Source: Lingula anatina
Taxonomy: Eukaryota; Animalia; Brachiopoda
Direction of reading: 5' to 3'
Length of the DNA: 64,000 nt
Assembly (NCBI GenBank): GCA_051362555.1
Contig: CM120640.1
Span: forward strand, 15,066,001-15,130,000
The notes beneath the pieces were generated by a model. The model saw only the letters and a list, made by a program, of their open reading frames with translations. It had not been told where the DNA came from and searched no databases. Position numbers and translations under genes: made by a program. Positions 1 through 12,300 of the stretch are shown piece after piece; the first letter of the stretch is position 1; every line of letters begins with the position of its first letter.

Positions 1-2341
1 CTCACACTCACACACACACTCACACTTTTGCCAATCACATCAGTCATAAAGGCAGGAAACGGAAGGACTAAGGGAAACTCTTCCCCCCCCCCTCCCCCAC
101 TACCCCACTTAAATTATGCTTCCAGCACGCCTGGGAAGAGAGAAAAAATAACACGATCCTTTTCGAGAAATAAACTTCTCACGTGGAACTAGGAATCCAA
201 GGTTTTATCGTTTTATATAAACCTTCATTACTTAATCATTACCTGAATGGAGTTCAACTGAGTCAAATAGCTCTCACTTGTTTCTCATAAACGTTAACTC
301 TTGAAATAACAGCCTTGCCGTACAAGGGTAGAGAGAATTCGAAAACAATAAGGTGGTTATTAATCCCAATTTTTTAGTTTTAAAAAAGTATATTTATTTG
401 CAAAATTAAAACTGTACATAAATGATATAAAATATAACATATTAACCTGCCTTACAACTCATGACTGAAGAAACAACATAAAACCGTTAGTGAACAACCC
501 AATATTTTCATCTAATCTGAATTAATTTTGTTAACATCAGAGAGAGTTACGAGGCTCTCAATAAAATTACTTCTCGATTTCTTCCACACTATAGTATTCA
601 GCAACTTGGGAACGCTATTTTGTTTGTGGGAACATCACTTGTGCTTTGCTTCATCCGTTCACTTTGAAAGAATACCCGGCAAGCATTGAGTGGTTAAACC
701 AACAAAACCGATGTCTTGGTGGTCCCAAGTTTATATAAGATTGTACGACATAATCGTAATTCAACAGAGCAAACGTCTACAGCAAAAGTTTAACAAAAAA
801 AGTCTACAAAGTGAGTCAGTTTTCAGCGGAAATGCAACTTAAAACTTTAAAGATTACAAATAAAAATTTAACAAGGGCATGTGTGGCTACAGTTACTCAA
901 TGGAACCGCACTTAAGATAAAGTGAAACGTAATAAGCCTTTTCAAAGATAATATTTACCTTTGAAACAGATGATATCGCGTTCTTTTCACAGGGAAGAAA
1001 AAGACATCACCGTAATCAACCGATGAACAAAGTGAATCTGACGTTCAGCCAGCGGCAGAATTTGATACTTCAAAGTTAAACTCACGCCCGACTTTTTGTA
1101 CATTTTTTGTATGCCGTGTAATTTGGAAGGCAAAGTTACGCAAAAGTTTCATCAGAACACCCACTTCTTGTCAGAATGCAATTATTTTTACAGAAAAGTG
1201 GAGGCCGTATAACTGCTGATAAACCGACAAAAATACTACCAATGGACTGATCTAAAGAATCAAAAACGCACCCTCTTGCCGTGTTTATGTCCCTCTTTGT
1301 AAGGACAACGTTATAAAAGCAAACACAGTGAAAAAAAAACAATGGTAAAACACAGCGACACCAGAAGCTCCTAGTTGTTCACTACCAGTAGGCAGAAGTT
1401 GTAAACATACATATATTGGCAGCGCTAGAGTATTTAATACAACTGTGTGTTAATTTCAGTATTATATGTGTGTGAGTTTATATGCACAGTTATGACTATA
1501 TTCCACCTCTTAAACTGACTCTTAGAGTGTGTAACATTATATAATGCGGTGCATTATACAGCAACCTCCGCCCACATATCTAAAAATCAGAAAGATCTAC
1601 GATTTTAATAATAATAATTATTATTATAATAATAACCAGGTAATATTATATACATCCTGCCTATAGATATAACTGATGAACATAAAACAACTTGTATTTA
1701 TATCTGCTACAGTGACGCAACACAAACAGATAATGCAACGAATAATGGCGTATTTACAAATGAACTGTACAAATAAATACATATCATATCACAATAAGCA
1801 ATACCTCTCAAATATTGCAATCATTCTCATAGTGAGGTCCACTTGGTTCCTATGACTTAGTTACGACGAATATGACGAACAGCGAACTCAACTAAAACTA
1901 GTCTATTCATATAGATAAAGGTATATGCTAAAATTATATCTAGACGCACGCTGACTTGGGTAGGCCTTGGGTTATATCTCATATGGCAGCGTGGCGGGGT
2001 TTTAGAGATGTTTTTCCTGTACCACAACACAGAATATACGATCAACATGACACACAAATTCCAAATTAGATCGTCTGCAAGAGTTCTCGACAATGGCGCG
2101 GGGCTCTTAGCCACTGCCGCAACAGGGAGATGTTCATTTTTCTTTTACAGTGATTCTATTGCACAAGGTGTAGTTTAGAAGTTCACAAGAATCTGGTTGT
2201 TTGGATAATCCTTGAATTCAATAAAAGCATTTCCTGTCTGCGAAGTTTACTCAATTTCAAGTCGGTATAGCCAAACAATATGGTAGCGACTTTTTATATT
2301 ATTGATAATCAGAATCAGTGCGTGTTTCCGTTGCAAGCGTG

Positions 2342-3386
2342 TCAACCATAAACCATAACCTCGCACAGGATAGCGCTGAACAGTCTGCTCCATCTGTTAG
2401 GCACTCCCTGTGCCTCAATATACACATATCGACCTGTCATGGGTGACGAACAAGAAACATGGAGTTTTTCTTGATACAGTGCGTTGTTCACCTTTGAAAT
2501 AAAACCACACATCTGCCCCGTTTTCTGAATATCATCCAGTTTTGGATTATTGTCCACGTAAACCAGTAACTTATCCAAATTGTACATGTAGTCCTTGAAC
2601 GCTCCTTTATCTGCAAAAAAGGGGGGATTTCATGAGTGACATTATGAAGAAGATAAATTGGAAATTTCTCATGTTGCTGTTTCTCAATTGCATCAAAATG
2701 TGCCACAATACAGAAGTAAAACCTCAAAGTAAACTGCTTAAAAAACAATCGAAATCTAATGATGAACGACACCCATTTAAATGTGTCGTAGAAGCGGTAA
2801 TCACTTACACTGTATTGTAAATGTCACGTATTCAAAATAACATTCTTTACAATCAACATTCATTTTTTTTAGGTGGGTCTTTCAAACCTATTAATTCTAA
2901 TCCTTGAGCAACTTGAATGCAACATGAAAATGATTTTATCATTTTTTTTAAATGTCCATTGAAGGAATTTTTTAATTTTTTGTTGCCCGGGGAAGGTGTT
3001 TGAATAATGAATCACAATCACTGTCTTGCCCCTACGCCTTTCATTCATCGTCCTACAATGAGGTATTCAGTGTAAGAAATACCTAATATTTACTTTGACG
3101 TCCGGAAGTAGCCCGTAACTAATATGATTCGCCCTTTATAACGAAATAAATCTAGTGTTCAACTTAGCCCTGTTTTACCTTCCATAATTAATTTTGAATG
3201 ACCCTTGGTGAATTTCTTGCTCATGACAGCCAGTGCCTTGAAGGCAGGGTACACTGACACTGTAATTGATGATGTTATATTTGGAAAGAATATACCTTGA
3301 GGCAACAACTGTGGTCACAAACCTCACATGACGGCGATCATTAGCGAAAGTTAAAGAGACAAACGCCTCTGCATGCCTTTGCCTGA

Positions 3387-3427
<41 letters not shown>

Positions 3428-6357
3428 TGAGGGGGGAAGAGAGGGAGACAACATACCTGGATCCTCCCCTTGCCACGTGATCAATATGGCCCCCGATATC
3501 TTTGTCTTGGCCCCAAGATCGACCATCATGATGGGGCTCTCCACGTAGAAGTTGTCCAGTATGGTGCAGCTGTGAATGCTGGACTCCAGGTGCCCGTCCA
3601 CCACCTTCTTGGCATGTCCACCGTGTGTCCAGTGGTTCCGAATGTGGCGCTTGTAGTGGCGCTTGTTGTTAATCCAAGTGTCCTTTTTGTACGCCAGGTT
3701 TTCAACTGGTAAAATAATTTTAAGTTGTTGTATTTACAACAATGAACTGCATTGCTTTATATTCCATTTTGTATAAGACATTCAATGGATTTTAAGACAA
3801 TACTTCCATTTGCAATCTAAAATCTTAAAATTAAAAAAAAAGAATAAAACATAGTAAACATCTCTTATAATTTGTAAGTACATTTGCAACAGCCATAAAC
3901 ATAGTACATCATAACCATTCTAAAGCGACACTTGACACCTATACCAACTTAAATAGGCGAGGCACGTTTTCCTTTGAGATATGGTCTATACTCAGGCATT
4001 ATAAAAATTACAATTTAAGTGGCGACGTCGACTAACAACTAACCGAAAACGGTTCCTTGCAAGTACATAAGACAATGCAAAGCTGTTGAAATATTTGATA
4101 TGGGATCGTAACACGGTGGTTATTTTGTAAAATGAATGGCTTAACTGTTTCATTCTTCATCTTAACGACCCACTAAGAGAGACAAAAATGTATGTTTGGT
4201 TTTAATGGCTCGTGCATGATGTTAGCCAATGTCATTCGATGGGGTTTGTGTTGTCTCCAGTACTCAATTTTTTTCGACTGATGATATCACCCACGCGATA
4301 AAATGCCCCACAATTTGATTTTAAGTACTGGCTTCAAAATGACACGAAGATTATATTTGACACATCTTTCACATCTTTTGGACAGTAATTGATACTGAAA
4401 ACGTATGTCCTTAGGGGTTCAAAATTTTTTATTATTTCTGTAAGTCAAAAAATGTCCAGCATAATAATGACATGGCCGAATCTATGCATTTTAACCTATG
4501 AATTCCAGAACTAAAAATTGCATTCAACAGTGCAAAATGAAAAGTGTTCGTGTTAACTACCAGCCAAGGTTTTTTAAACTACAACAAGATGACAACAGTC
4601 TATTCTTTCTTGTCAGGTAACTTACCGCACGGAGTGTCGTTATTCACTCGGATAAAAGCCTCTCCACACTGACCTGCAAAAAAGATGGATAACACTGAGG
4701 TTTTTCCTAAAGCAATCATGATAAATCACTTCCCAGGAGCTAACAGAAGTGTCACTGTTTCTAGACTTGGAAACCATCCCGCGTGGCGAGGACACGACAC
4801 AGAGCAAACGCCATGGCTTACGAGTGCAGATATATAAATTTTTCCTCAGCATTTCTGCCGTCATTCTGTTAAGCGTAAAAGATGGGGTGTTTTATGATAT
4901 GACAACTATTGCTTTGAAGTGTGGGTCGCGACCGACGCTTGTCGTGCAACATGCACATAGCGAGGGAAACTATTTGTCCTTTAAGAACTGCTGTCTTTTC
5001 CTGCATTCCTATCCATATTACTATTACAAACAGAAAGCTAAATCTACATTAAGCGATTGTAGTGTAAGTGCTTTTCTTATTATCTACGAGTACATCTGAA
5101 AACATTAGCAGTCCTTCGTAAGTCTCAATCTTTTTAAAGATTTCAAGTGCGCAAAAAGAAGTCGATTACCAAAAAAAAAAAAGATTAATCCAAGGAACAA
5201 GCTATTAGATAAGGAAATAGGAAGACTCACCTTTATGCGGGCACCCAATGAGCCCTACCCTCATAGCAATGTGGGAGTGCCAGGCCACAGGATGGATGCG
5301 GATGAAACGAGCACTGAAGGGATGGTTGAAGTAGTGGTACCGTTCCAAATCTTTATCACTATTCCCGCCAAATTCCTAAACAAATTAATCAAACATACAC
5401 AATATTTATAAATGAATTCGGTGGATCCACCTGCTGTCGAGACACTCATACATCGAATTAAGATGGGGGAATACAACTGTAGATAGTTTTTAAAAGAGAA
5501 ACGAAGGCATAATAACTGTGAACACTTTCAAATATTTCAAAATGTTCTATCGAACTACTTGACTATAACGCTCTAGTTTTCTACCAATTAAGCCAATTAT
5601 TTTTTTTAATCAACATTATCATGCTATGTTATGTCCCTGCCATTTCTTTCACTCAAGCTACAGTTCTAGCGTCACACTATAGGCCTATGAAAGTTGAGGA
5701 TGAAATAAAGGCGTGATGAAAAAAAACGCAAAGAACGTGCATACGCCACACGTAGTAGGCTAACTCACCAAGTGCAACAAAGACTTACTTCACAACAGTG
5801 CAACATTTAAGATACAGCTTTTGAGATGGTTGATATCGCTGATCTGTTTACCCCCCCCCCTCCCCACCACCACCTTTCCACCCTGCAGAATGTTCCGAAA
5901 TATGGCCCACCAGGGATGCCAAAGGAGAATGACCACGGTTTTTGCACACTTTGTTCTCTTTGTAATATAATGAATGACGTTTCTGTTCATTAAAATATCA
6001 TTTTTATGAGTAAATTTTATAACTGGCTGCTGATTGCCAATATTGTTGATAATTTCGCTCGCGATATATCACCCATTTATGGCCAATTTCACGACTAAGA
6101 AAAACATTCTTAGTCAGTTCAGCGATATCATCATCAAAAGCATCTTCTATGCCTGGCTCCCCATAGAGTCTTACCATAGCCTCGGACGTTGGCCTGTTAG
6201 ATGGAAGCACAGAGTTGGAGGAGGTAGATACGTAAGGGGTCGAGATGGAGGAGCGAGATGACGTCAGATTGTTGGAGGGCTGCTAGGAAGAGACAGGGAA
6301 TCATGTATGATCGAGTCACACAGCAGTGGAAGGAAGACACACTCGCCTTAGGAGAAG

Positions 6358-6391
<34 letters not shown>

Positions 6392-9300
6392 AAATGGCTC
6401 ATGTTCTGAAGGCACTACAAAAATGACTTCTTTATGGTGCTGTCGGTTACTCTGACGTCCACGTCTTAAAAAACAAGCACCTGTCTGTAAAGCCGGACTT
6501 TCGAAAGGTTAAGCATGTTTTTGATGTTTTTTTGTTCATTTCCTTCTTTTTTCCCCCATATCATTACTACTTTTTTATTCAACGTATAGAAGAGCGAATG
6601 TGTCTCCTTAACAGAAAGGCAAAATATAACAAACCGAAGGATAGTCTCAGGACTGCTTTAAATATACGTTGCTCTAGCTTAAAATCTAGACTAAATCATC
6701 AGAAACTAAATGACTGCATCTAATTAGCTAATTCAAGAAAAACTAATTCTATATCCACCACCATACTGCATTCCGAAGACAAAACTGAAGAAAGAGGACT
6801 GCCAATAAAATGCGAAATGATATGCCCCATCATATAAAAAACTTTAGCGAAAAAAATCCGGACAATTCCAACTCCAAAAATAAAAAAGTAAGCAGAAGTC
6901 AAGAATGCGCATGCCGCCAAAGCCAGCACCCAAGCCTTTACCTTAAAGTCAAGATTGGAGGCATCCTTGTAGAAGGTCCAAGTCTTCGAATCGTTGCTGT
7001 AGGAGATCTTGAACTGGGTGACCCAGTGCTTCCGTCTCGTGTCCCCTCGCCCCTTGAGAACCACCCCAGTCACCGTGGTGGGTGGGCCCACGTCAAACTG
7101 TAACCATTGTTCAGCTGGAGATAAATAACAACAAAAGTCAATGACAACTGAGAAGGTTTCATGTCTTTGATCCTACTCATACCTTTTTATGTTGATCCAT
7201 TTGAATGCCTGTGGCTTTATATAAGGCTTAACTGTGCGTTTTACTATTATAACCCTCAAGTTGACAAGAGTTGTTTTGGGTCTACAGAAATATAGAATGG
7301 TAATGACAGGACAAGCAGTACCCAAGTGTAAAATGTAAAAGATCGAAATAAACCCCGTCAATATCTTTTACAAATAGATATAATAACATTTGTCCCAGTG
7401 TTGCACTTGGGTGCACCTCGAGTGTTGAGTATATCTTGACTTCAAAATGAATCATGTAGCTGAGGACATTTAAATACGGTACTTCGAATTCAGTTTAAAA
7501 ATATAGAGCATTTGGATTCTTATATCAATATGAACCGATTTTACAAAATGCAGATACTAAAAAAAATTTTTTGGTAATTCATCTCCCTGTGCCAACGACC
7601 TACTGCTTTTGGAACATAAACTCCTATATTGTATGCTAGTATTCAGGATTTTTGCACCTTACTAGGCCATGGAAGAAATTAAGCATAAAATCTATCATTT
7701 ATAGTAGAGGACAAAGTGCAAAAATAAGGTTTTTTGTTACAGGTACATACCATCATTCTGTTTTGGACACCATGCATTGTTGCTAAAGATATGACCATCT
7801 TCCGGTTGACAGGACTTCCCTTTCTTGAAGTTCCACGTGTCAGAAGCAGTGATTTTACCATAAGGTGGAAGACCAATGAACTCTTTGCACTCTGTGAACA
7901 AATGGTATACAATTTTAATGTATAATAAAACCCTGAAAGGTAACTCCAAATTGACAATAACTGTAAGTAAAGGCAGGACAACAAAGAGGCGATTTCAATT
8001 TGGTTCGACAACGAGTTTGTCGAAAGGATACAGGTTTCATCCTAATTACCAGGTCAATTTTCTAGTCTGCTGATTACAAAAAACATTAATCCATGACATC
8101 GATAAGCAAAACTGGTTCTCAAACTGTAACAGAAAGGGAAAAGGAACAGTCCAAAAACAAAATCATATCACCATTGTTAACAACCCACAGGATCATTGAT
8201 ACCTAGACTTTATAATTAGTTAGACAAGAAATAATTCAGATAATGAACGGGACATTTTTGTCAAATTGGAGACGGTCTGTTGAATATTAAGGAGACACAG
8301 CCTGGCATCGTGTGTCACTATCACCTTAAGGGCACCTCGTGGCGTCCTTTTTTATCCTCATCAATACCAGTTAAATAAAGCTATTTACTGCTCATCCCTG
8401 CGTCTCTGCATAGACAACATTGCGTGCAGACGAATCCGCGCGGAGGTCTGCTAAAGAAATATTGACACTGTTTTTCCATTGGGTGAATGTCAATATTTGA
8501 GCCAGTTAGCATTGCAAAAGTCAGTATTTTACACTTGTTATTTGAATTGCTACCCTCTTTCATCTTTCAGTTTTGTTTGCTTTGTAGTGAATAGCAAAAT
8601 CTGAACTCTATACGCGGTCTCTAATTAGTCTGAACGCAGTGGTGGAGCGTTCTTTACACTTCTTTTTGGAACAGTCTTTTATATCAGAAACTTATTTAAT
8701 GCTTAAATGACAATTTCCCTATATAGGTGTACAGTGGTACGTGCAATAACTAAGGAAAACGTAACCATTTCGTTGATAAAGTGGGATAGCGGCAAACCTA
8801 AAGCTCATGAAATTCAACGCAAATCAAGGTGTCGTAATGTGATTGAAGCAGAACTACATCTGGAAGCGTGACGCCAACAATAGCTCCATTCATTCGATTT
8901 GGCACTTTGGTAGTTGACAAGGCTTAGTGGTAGACAGATAGCAAACGTCAGACCTACTTGTCAAAGCGACGAACAGTGTCGTCTGTTTAACTTATATCAC
9001 TAATATTTGTTGGAGGTCGTGTTATCATCAATAAAAACTGATCGGTGACATGAACCATACACAAATTGTATGTATCAAAATATCCCTACAGTTATCATAA
9101 CAATTCTTTATTTACAATGAAAAATAAACTAGACAATCGAAATACAAATATGCCTCATTTAGATTTTAGTGTCATGTTGAATTACTGGCTGGGTAGTTTA
9201 TTGCCTTACCTTGGCATCCAAGAATTTCTACCCTCATGCTGGGGTGTTTATGCCACTGTACGGTATGGAACTTGACGAAGCGGGCCATGAGGGGTTGGTC

Positions 9301-12300
9301 CAGATAAGAGTGCTTCACTGAATACCCGTCATTATTACCGTCAAATACCTAGAATAACAGGGGAAAAAAAGAAAGTTCAGATTTGGTGAAAAACATTGTT
9401 TAAAAACCCGGCGTTTGAAAAAAAGGAGGAAATAGAATGTCACTTTTTGGCAATCATTGCTCTGTCATTTGCACTCTCTCAAATGGTTCGCAGTTCAACA
9501 TTTCTGTCATGACACAAATTCAGTTAGTCAGGCAGTTTAATCACGACAATTCAACATTGGGTAACAAAAAAATCAAGTTCGCTGCCTCACGCATAGATTT
9601 CACACACAGCAAAAAAGAAACAGTTTAGGCGGAATAGTCGCAATCTATTAACGCAGTGTTGCGATTCTTTGTGGTGAAGCCCCGAGGGCTGAGTGCATCA
9701 AAGACATAAAGGAATTCTTGCCCAAACAACGCCTTCTTCTTGGTGCTAAAGGGTACATCCCTAAAAACAACCACCTGTGGCGCAAATTGTTGATTATTGT
9801 TCTTGGATACGCAGTCCATCTGCCAAGCTTTCTTTATAACTAATTTCAGAGCATGCAATATACAGTGCTCGTTAAAGAAACCGCGTTATTACTGGTACTA
9901 ATCTCACTTACGCTAACATTTACCTTAGGGCTATTGCTGTTACATACTGGCACTGGTTTTTTGACCGACCCAGAACAAGGTAAATATGTTCTTTTTATCG
10001 TGTGCCATGTATGTACCATAATTATGTAACAAGTACGGTACGCAAAGGATGGATTTACCACAAAAATCTCAAGCTTAAAATCTCCGATCCTGAATGAAAA
10101 TTGAATATGTAAACTCAACATTTTCATTGTTCAGATACATCCGAAAATGATTATTTCTCCGACACACGAATTTGTATACTTAACCAACATTTTATTCACG
10201 AGAAATATTTAAAAATGAAAGTTTTCTGGCTTTAAATTTGGGGATTCTAAAACGATAACACGGTAAAGCTGCCGGCCATAATGCTTACTTAAACAACTCC
10301 TTGCCAACAAAAACTGTCTTAACAAGGACAACAGCCCCGGTCCGTGCAACTATGGGGCCACAAACACCTGGCTCATAATGGATGACTAAAGTCTCCTCAT
10401 ACTCACCACTCCTCTTCTGCCCATACGGCAATGCAATTTGGCAAGACTTTAAAGAGGAGAGCTTTACATTATCAATGGCATGACCATTTGCTTGCCTTGA
10501 ATATTTAGGAGTCTCTAGGTTAAATGCAACACGGGAAGTTACCACTTAACAAGCCGGTGCACCCTTCAACAGGGCTGCAATATCTTTTGATTCTGTAATT
10601 AATTTATTTTTTACGCGATGCTTTTCTCCTTACACAATTTGTCTGAGTCTCAACCAAACGCGCTGCAATTTCTGATATTTCCTATCGATCGCGTCTGTCT
10701 CGGTTTTGAATTGAATTGAATATGACAGTCCCGTCACTTTAACAAAATTACCTTTCAAAGTATCAGTCGGCTCTAGACCTCCCCAAATGATATCGAGCCA
10801 ACGGAAATTATCAAAACACCCCCAAAAGACGTCGATACCAACTCGAGCTCCCGGACTCTCTGGGGGTATCACACAGGATTTTGTTTGGAAAGAAGTATAT
10901 AAGTTGATTTAAGTAGTCAAGGGATGAAAAAGTGTATCAAATAAAGTCTCCGGTCTCTCCATCATTCAATTTTCAGGATAGCGTTATTTGACGATATAAA
11001 AAGTAGTTTCTGCCTGCTTATCTTATCGTTTATCTCGTCAGCCCACTTAATGGAATCTTAGTAGCATTTTGAAAACGACTATTTGCATTAGATTTCCCCA
11101 TGAAAGGGGAATAATCTCCAATAGCTATCAGTAAAAAGCTAAGACCACGGCTTGATCAAAAGGTTAAGCTTAATAACATAATGTAAAAAGGCAATTACCA
11201 CTGGGATACTGTAAAAACTGCAATAATTTGAAAATCCTCAAACATTCTAATTTAACCTCACATTGAACGTTCTCAGACCAATAAACGGTAGACTTTCTTT
11301 GAAAACATTTAGACCTGTCAAAAGGGATGCCCACGGATTAATCTACATGGATCAGATTGATTGCAACGGCCGATTTTTTTTTTTATAAGAAGGTGTGGGA
11401 GTAACTTAATTCTCTAGGGCACATCAGAAACCAGAGCTCATTGCAAGCCATTTCCTACAATCAGTTTCAATAAGCAGCAATCTTAATGTTTGTTCACAGT
11501 GCGCCAACAGCGCGGAGACACCAATGGGACTACGAAACGGCGTCACGTACATAATGTCATGGGCTTCACTTGTAATCTAGAATTCTTGGCAATCTGATGG
11601 TGAAAGCTTTATTAATATCTACCCAAGTGTCATGGGTGATCGCTGGAGGGTAGAATCCCACACAGATACCCTGATACATTTTACAAAGGTAGCAACAATA
11701 ACATCCCTAATTACCGTGCTAAATAATTTTAACATGAGTTGTGGTCAAAAAGCCTCTGACATGGGAATTCGTGAGTTTTTCTAAGAGTGAATACACAACT
11801 GCTGTGCTCTCTATTGCTTGATGGAATCATTGACGATCTTGGTTTTGCAAGAAATGTAGGTATCTTTCAAACAGAAGACAGCTGCACCAAAAAACAACTA
11901 ACGTACAACAACAAACATAAAACATTTCATATGATTATTTGAAATGCGCCTGAACCTGTTCCATTTTCCCACGTCAGAGAGGTCGCATGTGCAGAACGCC
12001 ATTCATGCATTCCTCCTGCACCAGCGCTGCCACAAGTTCAATGCCGTATATCTAGATCTATCCTGAGTTTAAAAAAATGGAAACCCCCTCTCTACTATAC
12101 AAGGACTACTGTATTAGTATGAGAGGCGAGTGTTTCCAGTGTCGTCTTAAACACAGGGTGGTGCCATGTCACTCACGCCCTTACCCTTTGGTTGCCGTAC
12201 TGGTCCCCAACATACTTCCAGTTGAACGCGTCCATACTGTAGGACACCATGAATTTCGTCACCCATTCCACGCCGTCTGCACGACCTTGGGTCATCACCC

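Noticed and set aside
10285-10545. 86-aa intronic ORF and a 40-nt pseudo-exon with a strong GTGAGT donor
   Set aside because: No recognisable homology, and the pseudo-exon is phase 0-1, so it would frameshift the discoidin gene.
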